A stretch of DNA of 63,239 nucleotides, counting the filler, from Nemertoderma westbladi (taxonomy: Eukaryota; Animalia; Xenacoelomorpha): assembly GCA_032718475.1 (NCBI GenBank). It is 3 parts of 3 records of this genome, joined end to end, with 100 filler letters (N's around TTAATTAATTAA, not from the genome) between each part and the next. Parts side by side here need not be neighbours in the genome. Positions count along the whole stretch, not along the records: positions 1 to 25,454 come from JAUCBJ010004210.1; 2 more parts are not named here. The stretch is one strand, 5' to 3'. Position numbers and translations under genes: made by a program. This document shows, one piece after another, positions 13,290 to 25,454 of this stretch. Position 1 is the first letter of the stretch, and every line of letters starts with the position of its first letter. The notes under the pieces were generated by a model that did no database searches, had not been told where the DNA came from, and was given only the letters and a program-made list of their open reading frames with translations.

Positions 13290-15170
13290 ATGAGGAGAAT
13301 GCATCGGTGTAATTTTAAACGATTAATAATTCTTCTTATATTTATCATATCACTAATAGTAAATATTACCTACATACTTCATTTAGTATTCGATAAATCC
13401 TTCCTTAGAAAACCAATCCAGTTGGTGACAGATTCGGGGAGTTACAAATCACGAGTAGCGACGATCGAAGTTAGATCTAGTAAAGACGTAATCGAAGTTA
13501 AAGTCGATGGGATTCCGGTAGTTAGTAGTAAAGATTCCACCGATGAATCATCTCGAGGGATACACGTGGTTGTACTTAACGAAGCCACCGCTAAGGTAAT
13601 GTCCCACCGAGTATTCGATACCTATTCCCCCCACCAAGACGAAGCCATGATCCTATTCCTAAACCTCGTCTCCGCAGGACGAATTCTAGTTTTCTCAATT
13701 AAAGACGAAGGTTCTTTTCAGCTGAAGAAGTCTGCGCGACTACTGCTGCAGGGGTTAGGGAGTCAGCTATCGGGTCAGCTGTACTGGCGGGATGCGTGGG
13801 CGATGGTCACTCGTAAAGGTCTTTCTGGGCGGGATGGGTTACCTTACGTAGAGGGGCGACACTCGACACCCAGTCTAATGGAATGGGCGGATCCGGTCGT
13901 CCTCGAAGGATACGTACCTTTAGTGCCGAACTCAACCCCGATCTGTCCCGCAGCGTGGCCCCCTAACGACGCGTCCACGCATCGCAGACGCGCATTCTGC
14001 TCCGCCGTAGAAGGCTACGGGAGTATCTGCAGCTGCGAGCACCCCGCCCCTATAACCTTCGAACCGGGGGAACTACCGACCCCCGACCATCTAGCCGATG
14101 TCCCGGTAGCCGTTATGGCTAGTAATAGACCGCAGTACCTGTACCGGATGTTGCGCAGTTTACTCTCCGCTAGAGGCGCTAAACCATCGTCCGTTACCGT
14201 CTACATAGACGGAACTAACAATCTGGAAGTCGTGGAGGTAGCCAAATTATTTGGAGTTGGTTGGGAGGAGCATACGCCGTTAGGTGATTCGGTTAACTCG
14301 AGAATTAGTCAACATTACAAATCGAGTCTCGATATAATCTTCAGTAAACAACCCTCTGCCAGGTTCGCCATAATGTTAGAAGAAGATTTGGACGTTAGTC
14401 TGGATTTCTTTACCTTTTTCAATCAGTTGGTTCCGGTAATTCGGGAAGACGCGAGTGTTTATTGCGTGTCGGCGTGGAACGATTTGGGTTACGAGCATTC
14501 GGTGGGCGACCCGACGATGGTCTACCGCGTCGAGACGATGCCGGGGTTGGGTTGGCTGCTGAGTAGCGCCCTCTACCGCCGCGAGTTGGAACCGCGGTGG
14601 CCGGGACCCGACAAGGAATGGGACTGGGACCAGTGGATGCGACTCCCAGCCGTGCGTAAAGCTCGCGAATGCTTAGTCCCCGATGTTTCTCGCACGTATC
14701 ATTTTGGTTCGACGGGCGCCAATCTCAACCCGTACTTCCAAGAAACGTATTTTAAGAAACACGCTATAAATAAGGCAGTCGATGTTGTTTTGAAAGACGT
14801 TGATAAATTAAGCGAATTCGAATACGAGAACTTATTAATTGAGTTAATTAAGTCGTCTACATTATTAGACCACTCGACTTACCCCTGCGCATCTGATTAT
14901 TTCCCTGAGTACTCGGGTAAATCCTACGTCCTGTACATCGCCATGTCAGACGAGACGGATTTCTCGTCTTGGAAACACCTAGCGGCGTGTCTACGCATTT
15001 GGGATATCGATATTAGAGGCGTCCATAAATCCGCTTGGCGTCTCTTTATAAATCAGAATCACCTCGTTGTGATCGGCGTTCCCGCCTCCCCATATTCCGA
15101 ACTAAAACCTGATGACGTCATTCCTGTTCGATTTCAATCAACTTCTATAACAGTAGCAGCAACTGATTGA
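13290..15170 (+). CDS. POMGNT1: Protein O-mannose beta-1,2-N-acetylglucosaminyltransferase 1 (626 aa, single exon)
   Basis: N-terminal TM helix, ILEI-like stem (RGIHVVVLNE...FDTY), GT13 motifs ASNRPQYLYRML, EEDLD, SAWND, MPGLGW, WDWDQWMR, PDVSRTYHFG. Confidence 0.95.
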   Translation: MRRMHRCNFKRLIILLIFIISLIVNITYILHLVFDKSFLRKPIQLVTDSGSYKSRVATIEVRSSKDVIEVKVDGIPVVSSKDSTDESSRGIHVVVLNEATAKVMSHRVFDTYSPHQDEAMILFLNLVSAGRILVFSIKDEGSFQLKKSARLLLQGLGSQLSGQLYWRDAWAMVTRKGLSGRDGLPYVEGRHSTPSLMEWADPVVLEGYVPLVPNSTPICPAAWPPNDASTHRRRAFCSAVEGYGSICSCEHPAPITFEPGELPTPDHLADVPVAVMASNRPQYLYRMLRSLLSARGAKPSSVTVYIDGTNNLEVVEVAKLFGVGWEEHTPLGDSVNSRISQHYKSSLDIIFSKQPSARFAIMLEEDLDVSLDFFTFFNQLVPVIREDASVYCVSAWNDLGYEHSVGDPTMVYRVETMPGLGWLLSSALYRRELEPRWPGPDKEWDWDQWMRLPAVRKARECLVPDVSRTYHFGSTGANLNPYFQETYFKKHAINKAVDVVLKDVDKLSEFEYENLLIELIKSSTLLDHSTYPCASDYFPEYSGKSYVLYIAMSDETDFSSWKHLAACLRIWDIDIRGVHKSAWRLFINQNHLVVIGVPASPYSELKPDDVIPVRFQSTSITVAATD

Positions 15171-15617
15171 CATGGCGGTGGTTTGAGTGCAATAGCAATT
15201 AATTGTTTTATGTTTTAACTTAACTATTATTATATTTTATGTTTTTGTTATGCAAAGTTATGTTTTACATGAAAATAACCATTCTTAAAGGATACTTTAT
15301 TAATTAATATATAAAAAAATATGTAAATAATCTTAGTTAACAATCTCAAGCTCATTTTATTATACTAACTTTTACTGAGTAACATATCGTGGCATTATTA
15401 GATTATTAGATTGATTATTAGAAGATTATTAGAAGATCAGAAATGTAAATGCTAAGAATTTACTACTTTTTCTTGTTTACTGCTTTTTCTCTCTAAAACT
15501 CAGTTAAGTATTCTTCTCTACTAGTTAGGCCTATATATTTAGCTATTTCTCCTTTAAATATTAATTTAAGGATAATATGTATTTTCCTAATTTGTTTGAT
15601 TATTTGCATAATTTTTG

Positions 15618-15741
15618 CTGATCAACTTGAAAGGGATACTGAACTTGGGGGAAACGAAATTGCGACAACTATGGAGAATCGGGAAGCCTGGAAGGATCTC
15701 ATTTCCACTGTCCGAGTTCGCTCGTCCTAGTAGTAGTAGTA
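15618..15741 (+). mobile_element. 5'-truncated RTE LINE 3' fragment
   Basis: GATCAACTTGAAAGGGATACTGAAC...CCTAGTAGTAGTAG, near-identical to the reverse complement of 58119-58241. Confidence 0.85.
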
Positions 15742-16137
15742 CAGTCAATTGAATTATTATAAGATAAGTCTTTGTTATTTACGTTAAAATGCTAAGAATT
15801 AAATCAGATTACACGAGACATTTTATTAATATTAAGTAAATCATCAAAACTAAAACAAACCGTTACAAAAATAACGAGATTAATATTATTATCATCCGGT
15901 TTTTAACAATTTTTATACACATTTTAATAATTTTTAATATTTAATAAAGTTCTAGAACTGGAGAACTCAATAATTACTGTCATCTAATTCGTTATTTTCT
16001 TGTCTGAATGAATAATTTATTTGATACAAAACAATCCAGTAATTTTTCGGAAGTGTAAATTTTAAATACGATTTCGTAACAGTTAATTGTTTTAATTCAG
16101 CTAGTAATAAATAGTATTCTATATTTGGATGACATTT

Positions 16138-17328
16138 TCATTTTTTTGTTTTTTTCGTCATAAAGGATATTATAATATTTTTGCATTCCTCCGAGGTCCA
16201 TCGCTCCACCAACACGCGACATTCTTCCTCGTTAACTTTCCTAAGAAACTCTTTCTCCCACCGCTTCGATACCTCCTTCGCGGCCGCCAGCGACTCTGGC
16301 GGAAGTTCCGCATAACCCGCGATCAGCGCGTCGGTTTCCTTCCGCAACGAATCGGCGGGGAACAAGCGCGAAACCAACCCGGAACGGAACGCATCCTCGG
16401 CAGTCAACGTCCGGTTGAAGAGGAGAACCTCGCCGGAGGTGGCCGGTCCGAGTATCCTGGGGAATAGAACGGAGGAACACGCCTCAGGGGCCTGGCCCAC
16501 CTTAGTAAACGGGGTAGAGAAAGTCGCGTTATCCGAAGCATAAACGGCGTCAAAGTGACCGAGAATAGTAACGGAAATACCGATAGCCGGCCCGTTGATA
16601 ACAGCCACTAGAGGTTTAGGGAAATCAATAAAAGCGTCTACAAAACTCCTCAAAACAACTCCGCCATCTTTAGCTAATTCCACTAGTTTATCCATCGGGA
16701 CCATAAAGTTACCCAGATCGTTTCCGCTGCAGTAATAATCTCCTGTACCGGTAAACACAACGAGTTTAACAGAGTCGTCCACCGCTGCTTTATTCAAAGT
16801 GTTGCTGATACAGACGTACATGTCCCACGTAATCGCGTTGTATTTAGCCGGTCTATTTAATCTTATCGTCAAAACCTTGTTATTTACATCCACTTCTAAA
16901 CCTTCCGCACTCTCGTAACCCCCAGACTCAGCAACTTGTTTATTCTTCTCCCCTTCTTTAACAATTAACTGTTCTACAATCTCAATATATCTTTTAGCGG
17001 CTTCCTCTTTACTCATATCACCTAGACCGTTCCACGCGTCCCACTTCACTCTCCCCACCATATCCCCGCTAAACATTCCCGGTTTCGTCACGTTACATTT
17101 GCCCACCGTGTGCTGTTTGAACAACGCGTACATTTGTAGTTTCGTATCGTTTCCGGGGTCCTTTTTAAGTTTATCGAGTTTAGACTTCGCGGAATTGAAC
17201 TCGTCCTCGATCGTGTTTAGTAAAGATGAGCGATGGAGGAAATACTTTTGTTGTCCGCCTAATATTCCTGGCGATTTTGATATTCTTGGGAAATTCGAAA
17301 TACGAACGAATTGAGACATAAACGCCAT
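16138..17328 (-). CDS. ECI2: Enoyl-CoA delta isomerase 2 (ACBP + crotonase domains, 396 aa, single exon)
   Basis: First ATG at 17328 (the ORF-track start is a TTG). ACBP: KLQMYALFKQ...KWDAW. Crotonase: LNRPAKYNAIT, YYCSGNDL, FIDFPKPLVAVINGPAIGI. Confidence 0.92.
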   Translation of the reverse strand: MAFMSQFVRISNFPRISKSPGILGGQQKYFLHRSSLLNTIEDEFNSAKSKLDKLKKDPGNDTKLQMYALFKQHTVGKCNVTKPGMFSGDMVGRVKWDAWNGLGDMSKEEAAKRYIEIVEQLIVKEGEKNKQVAESGGYESAEGLEVDVNNKVLTIRLNRPAKYNAITWDMYVCISNTLNKAAVDDSVKLVVFTGTGDYYCSGNDLGNFMVPMDKLVELAKDGGVVLRSFVDAFIDFPKPLVAVINGPAIGISVTILGHFDAVYASDNATFSTPFTKVGQAPEACSSVLFPRILGPATSGEVLLFNRTLTAEDAFRSGLVSRLFPADSLRKETDALIAGYAELPPESLAAAKEVSKRWEKEFLRKVNEEECRVLVERWTSEECKNIIISFMTKKTKK

Positions 17329-17902
17329 TTTAAGTTTACCAGGTATTACAGTGCAATACAATATCCACTACAGCCTACGACCGCACTGTTACCTTGCAGT
17401 ATTACATGACTGTATTATCAGATTATTATACTATCTGATTACCGACACACCGCCAGAATTTCCACTGTAATTGATTCAATTTAATTATTGTTATTATTCT
17501 AACAATAATATAACAGTATAACGCAATTATTATTCAGTTATTTAGGCCTATAGAGTGTAGAGCGCCGTACATGAAGAGAGAGGGGGGGGGGGGGGGGGGG
17601 GGGGGGTACTGGGTTCGGGGTTGGGGGGATGCTTTTTGGGCTGAGTAGAGAGTGAGTAGTGACTATATTAGAATTAAAACAAAAAATTATGATGTAATAG
17701 TCGATTTAGTATTGTGTTAGCGTTACCGTGACAGTCAGCCATTGACTAAGTTACTGAGATAGTAAAGTCCTCCGGTGCTGGAGTTAATTAACACAGAAGT
17801 ACAGTTACAGTGTGCAGTGTACTTACCTAAAGTGTAAAGTACTGAAGTATACTGGTAAGCCTATCCTTTCCACTTTCTGATATCCCCATCCAAGACAGCA
17901 AG

Positions 17903-18502
17903 ATGCGTTTTAGATTTTGTGGGGATTTGGACTGTCCGGACTGGGTGTTAGCCGAGATCAGCATCCTCTACAAGATGACGTCACTAAAACTCAAACAACT
18001 CACCGGCCAGGTGGTAAACCACATTGTAAACGGCGAAATCGACTACGAAAGGGTCGATAAACTCTCCGGAGACGCTAAATTCAGCGACGAGGATCTCAAG
18101 GCGTGCATCGCATGTTTATCTTTCATCATCAGCAGCGCGGCGAAGAACGACTGCGATTCGGAATCTCTGAACGACGAACTACAACAACTCGGCCTTCCTA
18201 AGGAACTATCCGGAGCAATCTGTAAGGTTTACACCGAGAAACGCGAGCCGATACACGCGGCACTGGCGGCTAAGAGTCTGGGGTTCCCCAGTCTGGACTC
18301 GGTTGATTGGCGTATCGACGGAGCGGAGACCGACAGTCCGGCTGTCCGGTTGTGTCTCGGTGTGCGGGACCCGGACTCGCACCGCGTACAACGTCACGTC
18401 ATCTCGGCCGACGCCGATCAGTTTAACTTGCTGCTACACGAACTCCGACAAGCCCAGCAGGTTACCACTGGGTTCACTTCCAACGTAGACCAGTATAAAT
18501 AA
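17903..18502 (+). CDS. COMMD4: COMM domain-containing protein 4 (199 aa, single exon)
   Basis: Signature N-terminus MRFRFCGDLDCPDWVLAEI; ELQQLGLPKE; COMM domain VDWRID...LLHELRQA. Confidence 0.95.
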   Translation: MRFRFCGDLDCPDWVLAEISILYKMTSLKLKQLTGQVVNHIVNGEIDYERVDKLSGDAKFSDEDLKACIACLSFIISSAAKNDCDSESLNDELQQLGLPKELSGAICKVYTEKREPIHAALAAKSLGFPSLDSVDWRIDGAETDSPAVRLCLGVRDPDSHRVQRHVISADADQFNLLLHELRQAQQVTTGFTSNVDQYK

Positions 18503-20977
18503 ATTAATTATCACTCTGAGATTAGTGTATAATTCACATTTAATCGTATTAAAGGTTTTCTTTTTAATACCATTGCAAATTGATTGAAACGTAACTTAAT
18601 AAGGGTATCATTAGCCTGTGCCTTCTCTGCTTCTCAGCTTGTATTTGAGTATTAAAGTTGTTCCGTTACTACTTTTTGTCAACCGACAACAAAATATTAA
18701 AATATACTTAATTGTTGTGTAGATTTCTTAACTACAGTAAGAATTTTTTTTGAGTTTCTTCGTAAGTTGGTGCACCTTAATTATTGCAGAATAGTTTACA
18801 CCAAAAAAAACAGTAATAATGGAATTGAATTTTTGAACTTCAAGCGCTCAAGCTATTAATTTAGTTTTACTTTCGCTTTGTATGTATTGATTTATTGATA
18901 CTGTTGTAGAGCGGCAGTAACGATGCCTGCGATTTCTTCTGATGCACAAACAACTGTACCGGTAGGCCCTCCTGTAGTTTATTTTATTTCAAATAATTTC
19001 AGTTTTGGATTTCTGTTTCAATATTTCAGCTTAACAACTTTGGACTCAAGTACACGACATCAGCTGGTAAACATTCCGTTCACTTGAATTGTTCTATTCG
19101 TAGAAATATTTTTAGTGCAGATAATATTTAATGCTTATTCGTTCGTTATGTTTATTTATTCAGATTATGGATTACAGATTATTGTGATATATTCGTTTAG
19201 GTAGTATCGATAGACCTCATCTAATTAGAAAACCGAATTTTCCGGATATGCGGATATTTTTAACGATAGTCAATAATCCGTAACCGAGTCTCAAGTTTGA
19301 CACGCAAATAAGTCGTATCGTAAGACTTTGTGTGTAATCCCTGGCCGAACGGCCAACGAAAACTTTATTATCTATCACTTTTTAGTTTTTTTTTATTATT
19401 ATTTTTTTAATTTTTACTTTCATCCTTTTGTGGTCGATAAATGGGAACCAAGGCAACTCGGGAAACAGAGTGGAAGGGTTTATTGTGGATGATGTGGTGA
19501 ACAGACATTGAGACATTCCTTGGCCTAACGAGCCTAAACGATTCTCCCATTCAATTTAATGGGCGTTTATCACTTCACTTTTTCAACAAACATTCACAAT
19601 GCACCCCTCAACTGTACAGTACAACCGAGTAAAAAATGACAAATGAATACTGAAATCGGTATAAAACAAAGAAAATGTAAAAAAGCACCAAACTACAGTA
19701 AAATCTACTGAATTAATGAAAACTGATATTATAAAGATAAATTGAGCCTTTTTAAATTTTCTTTATTAAAAAGATATAAAAAAATTTGTAGAAAATTACG
19801 GGGTGTGCGGGAGATTTGGTGTTAAAATTTGGCCAAACATTAGAATGTAAAATCCACTCCATCCCTCATCCACATTGCGAGAATTTATTTACATATTTAA
19901 ATATTATTATAAATATTACCGCGTTGTGGATAAGGGATGGAGTGGATTTCAAATCTAGTGGTTCTTCGTTATTTTATTATTTAACTTTCGTAATTTGGGC
20001 CTACAGTATTCTGTAATAAAAGATTGAACGAAACAGTGTTACGAAAGAAAGTGAATTGCAGTGTTTTGCTATATTGTTTCCATAGTTTCTTCTATTCCAA
20101 TTATTGTTCTCTGGAACTCCTGATGCTGCCTGACTCAATAAGTAATGATCTGTACAATTTATGACGAAGTAGAGATCAGCTGAGCTACATAGAACCAATA
20201 TTGAATATGTTCTGTTTTGATGTACACCGTGTAGTCAATGAGGTTGCAATAATATTTCAGTGTTTACTTCGGTTTTGTTCGCTAGAAAGCCAGCAAGCTG
20301 GCTATAAGAAGACAGCCATTATACTGTACAGTAGTATACACAATATAACCTAAAAATAAAACACAATTTAACATTGATTCACTATTGTTTATTATTTACG
20401 AATAACAACAAAACATTTACAATTATTTTGCATTAGCTACGTACAACTTTTCGAGCCTCTCTATCTCCGACACAATACCAAGATAAGGTTTAAATTTGCC
20501 TAGATTCATAGGTATCTGGTAATCTAAACAGTGGATATGCACTAACCCTTGTGTTTTAGCAAGAACAAATCGTTCATATCAATGAAAGCTGTTTGTAACT
20601 GCGCAATTATGTTAATTTATAAATACAGTAGTATATTCAACCAAGGAAATGTACAGTATGAACAGTTTGTAGGTATACTTGGCACGAGGCACATATAAAC
20701 TTTCAATAAACTGCTTCCTTTCCATGATAATGTATTCGAGTGTAAGAATATGAGAGCCACGAAGTTAGCGGAGCCTTGGCGAACTGACACTAATAATGGA
20801 GTGGGTCAATAATAGCAAAAGCTGTTGTCGTTACGATTTTGACCTGCCAATGATTTTGTCGGATTTAATTAAAGCTGTCGAGTTGAAAATTTGTAGGCAA
20901 ACTATGTCCAAAAGTTAAGATTTGAAGTTACAAAAAAAAATTAAAAAGAAAATTTTAGATAATGTATGTATACCAGC

Positions 20978-21940
20978 CAAGGTGTACTAAATAACAGGTG
21001 ATGCAGCGAGCGGATTGCTGAAATTAGCGTGGGCCGATCTTTTCCCTATTTATTGAACTATTTTCATAATATTTACTTAGAAACTTCTTATGTGCTGCTT
21101 TTGTTAGGTGGATATGATGACTAGGGTTCATAGAAATGTAATACAAAGTCTTTCTGGTATTTTTACACCAGGGAATAAAAGTCTATCAGAATATTTTACA
21201 TTTGAATTTGTTTACATTCCCGTTGCCATGGTAATAAGTACAATGACAAATCTGAATAAAAGTCTACCAAATCTTTAAAACACCATGTTTATTCAGTTTG
21301 TCAGTCAAAATACGGTAGTAAGTTAAAATTGCCAACATTTTATTTTATAAATAGTCAATTGTGAATGACAGTTATGAGGTACAATATATGACAATAACCA
21401 AAACTGTCCAATCAAAGAGAACGACTTGTGACAGCATGATTTTTACATTCCAAAATATTAAATTTCGGTTTGGAATTATTAGAAACAAAGGACAGCCACC
21501 AGGCATGTCAGGTGCAAATGAATAATTAGTAAATACATAGTAGCCAAATTTCTCACTGGCGGTCATAATGGCAAATTATCGTAATACCCATCACCATGGA
21601 AACGGGATTGAAATAAAAATTTTATGTAAAATATTTTGATAGACTTTTATTCCCTTTACTCACCTATCAAATCTCAAGAACAGAATCCATCGTCGTCTTG
21701 AATTACAGGCGCACAAAGTTTGAACTTTGCACCCGATTACCTTGGCAACTACAAGATAAAAATTCCAGAAAGACTTTATTACATTTCTATGAACCCTAGT
21801 CATCATATCCACCTAACAAAAGTAGCATAAAAGAAGTTTCTAAGGAAATATTATGAAAAAGTGCCATAAATAGGGAAAGATCGGCCAACGCTAATTTCTG
21901 CAATCCGCTCGCTGCATGACCTGTTATTTAGTACACCTTG
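20978..21940. mobile_element. MITE with ~190-bp TIRs and 8-bp TSD (P- or hAT-like)
   Basis: CAAGGTGTACTAAATAACAGG ... CCTGTTATTTAGTACACCTTG; exact TSD ATACCAGC at 20970-20977 and 21941-21948. Confidence 0.88.
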
Positions 21941-22242
21941 ATACCAGCGCAAGCAACCATGAGCGCCTAGCCTATTAGCTGCAAGCTGACTCCCAAACTA
22001 CAGACAGTGGCTGATGATGAGTCAACAACGATCAACCCCTGCCCTGGTAGCAGTGGCACCCATTGGGAGAACCTGGCGCTTTTGTGTATTTTTAGTAATT
22101 ATATTGGCTTCAATCTGATAGGCCTGAGGAGTAAAGTGTATTTAATCTACAGTCCAGCTCACCAACAGAGTGCCATCGGATCCGATCTGAACCGATCGGA
22201 TCCAACAGCTTAAAACACTTTCAGACAAACTCCAACAGTCCA

Positions 22243-22315
22243 ACAACTTCAAACAGATTCAGACAGTTTCAAACAGATTCAGACAGTTTCAAACAGAATC
22301 AGACAACTTCCAACA
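22243..22315. repeat. 20-bp minisatellite (TTCAAACAGATTCAGACAGT) x~3
   Basis: Direct inspection; followed by a GC hairpin GGGCCTTCG...CGAGGCCC. Confidence 0.75.
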
Positions 22316-22563
22316 CGTTCGTGGGGCCTTCGCGCAGCACGAGGCCCAGTTATGAGATACAAATTAAAATTGAGCGACTGTATCACAAAATCAGGTTTTG
22401 AGAAATTTACCCACACCACCAATCAATCAAAGAAAGGGGGACAGTACGTGTTCACCCCTTTTAATCCCCCCCCCCCCCCCCCACCCTTCCCAACCACCAA
22501 TACATAACCGCGACATCTACCACCCACGGAAGGGTAGCACGAACTTATTTCCAATCGCACGTT

Positions 22564-22856
22564 CAATATGCAAAGCCAGGTGGTTTATAGGAATATAATA
22601 AACGCAGTACTCGTATTCATTATAAGCCTCGTTGCGTTCGTCCTGTTTTGTATTTAAATATATTTCTTAAACGCAGGCTAGGACGTTCTTTATAATAATA
22701 ATAACTAGGGATGCGATCAATATGTGAAGCCAGGTGGTTTATATAATAATTTAGTCAACGCAGTACTCGTCTTCATTATATGCCTCGTTGCGCTCGTCGC
22801 TTGTCCTGTTTTGTTATAAAATATTTTTCCTAAACGCAGACTGACGATCTTTATAC
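22564..22856. repeat. Diverged tandem duplication, ~154-bp period
   Basis: CAATATG..AAGCCAGGTGGTTTATA...AACGCAGTACTCGT at ~22564 and ~22718. Confidence 0.75.
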
Positions 22857-24680
22857 AGTTATAACTATGCGAAGTTTCGAAACTGTGCGAGTAACTGTTG
22901 ATACATCTATGTGGATATGTGTGATATGTGGAGATGTGTGATACAACGCCAACGCATCTTATGCCGATGTAGTAATATGGGTATTGAAATAATATTAAAT
23001 TAATGTACACTCTTAAAGCTGCAGCGAAAAAATGTAGCTAATTTCCTAGGTTACATATAAAATAATAATATTATTTTTAAGAACATTAATTTTACTACTT
23101 TGCAAAAATTCAATTAAAAAATAACCAGACAATACATTGTGGAATAAACTATTTCAGAAGCCTACACAACAGCCATGCCATGGATAGTATTTATGTTATG
23201 ATATCTGTCATTCACCTGAGATAGCAATACAACATTTATAGTGAATTTAAAGAATGCTGTCTGGGCTGGAATAGCAATACTGGTTGTCTATTACTATTCC
23301 TCTCTGGTTAGTCTTAGCAACAACTCCCAGCCAGCAGCAGAGACTTGACCAATAATCATTCCCAGCAACTGGGAATGACACACACATCCCATCTATGTAC
23401 CAGCATGTTGGCCAATAAATGAGCAGTATTTAATGAGAATAAATTTTTTTTGCCGTTTTAATTACTTTAGATCAATTAAAGACACAATTATTAAAGCAAA
23501 TCACTTGAACTAATTAAAAACTATAATAGAATGGCGTATGGGGATTACATCTGTATAATTTTTAATTATAATTATTTAAATCTTATACTGTAAAACAATT
23601 AATTTCCTTTAAAAGGCAGGTTGAAAATGGTGTTTTTACCGTAATAACTTAATTAACTAATTAACTGCTATTATCTTAGCTTCTCGAAGGCCACACTGAA
23701 ATTCTACTTGGAAAATTTCTAAACTTTTGCCAAACAACATGTGTACCAAGTTTGGATAGATTTCATCAAAGATTGGCCGAGTTATTAACGTTTAAAATTG
23801 AACACGACAGAACGACAGAACGACAGGTTGATTAATGGTACCACTACGCTAAGGCTCACTCACTTCGTGGCTCGCCCCACAACCTGTCAATCACTCCACC
23901 CACAATCAACCGCAACCCCAACTCAACTCGCATCTTCTTGCGCGCAGATAGAATGAAAGCGTTTGAAACTACTAAAGGAACTCCATTCATAAAGCCACAA
24001 TAACGACAGAGTGGACTGGCCACTGGCGGCGCCCTTGAACATTCACACTGTAACTTAAGCCGACCTGAAGGAACAGCCCATTAGTGAGGTCGGTATTTCT
24101 CTTTATTCCTGCCGCTATCTTGGAATAACACAATAGCAGAAAGCTAACCAGTGGTCTACCCCCAATACAAGAAAGACAGGTTGGCTACCATTGAAATGAA
24201 TGGGGAATGGAATTTTGTGTTCACATACTAATGTTGCTTTGGGTTGGTCTAGAGCCATACAATAGAGCTTTACGGGAATACACTTCCAAAGAGCCAAGCA
24301 GTGGCGGTATAGGTCCAAAATGCTTATGTAGAATTTCTTCGAATAAGGCTCAATTTCTTTAAGTTACATTAATTAAAATACTGATAAATATATTTTGCTT
24401 TTCGCAGGAGGGACAGTATCCCCCTCTACAGTTAATATAGTGTACGTACATGTGTTAGTTATATCGTTGCGTTTATTTATATTTATACAGGTTTGGATAT
24501 GATCTCTACTAGTTTGATTTTTGTTTTGTCAATTAATTAATTGTGCGGTTAATTTGTCAATCACAGCCTTAATTGGCTACATTGCTTATTGTATGAATGA
24601 ATATAATTAGTTATTAAGACATTATTTTAATTAGTATCTGGTGTGATTAGGTCTACCTTTTACATAACAACAGTACGTCA

Positions 24681-24809
24681 ATGGCGGATATACTACTACT
24701 ACTAAGTCGAGCAGAACTCGGACAGTGGAAATGAGATCCTTCCAGGCTTCCCGATTCTCCATAGTTGTCGCAATTGCGTTTCTCCCAAGTTCAGAGATGG
24801 CGGATATAC
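24681..24809 (-). mobile_element. 5'-truncated RTE insertion with 13-bp TSD
   Basis: RTE 3' end flanked by ATGGCGGATATAC at 24681-24693 and 24797-24809. Confidence 0.88.
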
Positions 24810-25454
24810 ATTACATCATAATATGGCATGGCAGTCACGTGAAAACAAGGGCCTTTACATTCCCAATTCTCTATCTAACGTAGGGCCCCGTCCCTACGTC
24901 CACCCTCCCTTGTGAAGGGCTAGGGGGGACTTTCGACCCATCATTACTAAAGGGTAGTGATAATATTCAAAATAAGTTTTCCCATGTATACGTAATTTTA
25001 TTCTTAAATAGGTACTTGTTTGTTCCTAAATTCTGCCTAAATGCTGCCTTACTCAATGTTAAATAATTTATTGTTCTCGAATATTTATTTCGTAACTAGG
25101 GAACCGCTTAACTACAAACCAATATTGGATATGGAGTTCCGTTTCGAAGTTCGCCTTGCAGAGACTAAAGTTGCAATAACTTTTGAGTGTGTGAATGTAA
25201 TTTACTCAAATAGGGTAGGTGCGCGAAAAAATTATTTTTTCGCAGCACCCTTCCATAATATTATATTGGCCTAAATTTATATTATAGCTGTATAGCACCA
25301 TTTGATGTTAAGTTCCTTGACCTGTTGACCAATCGTCTTCGAACTCTCTTGTATCTACTGATTACTAATGGCATTAAACCTGTCTGACTGCAGTACTACA
25401 TATTTCCTTGTGACCAGGCCAGCCCAGTGCCAGGAGGCCATACGGCCTCCTGTG

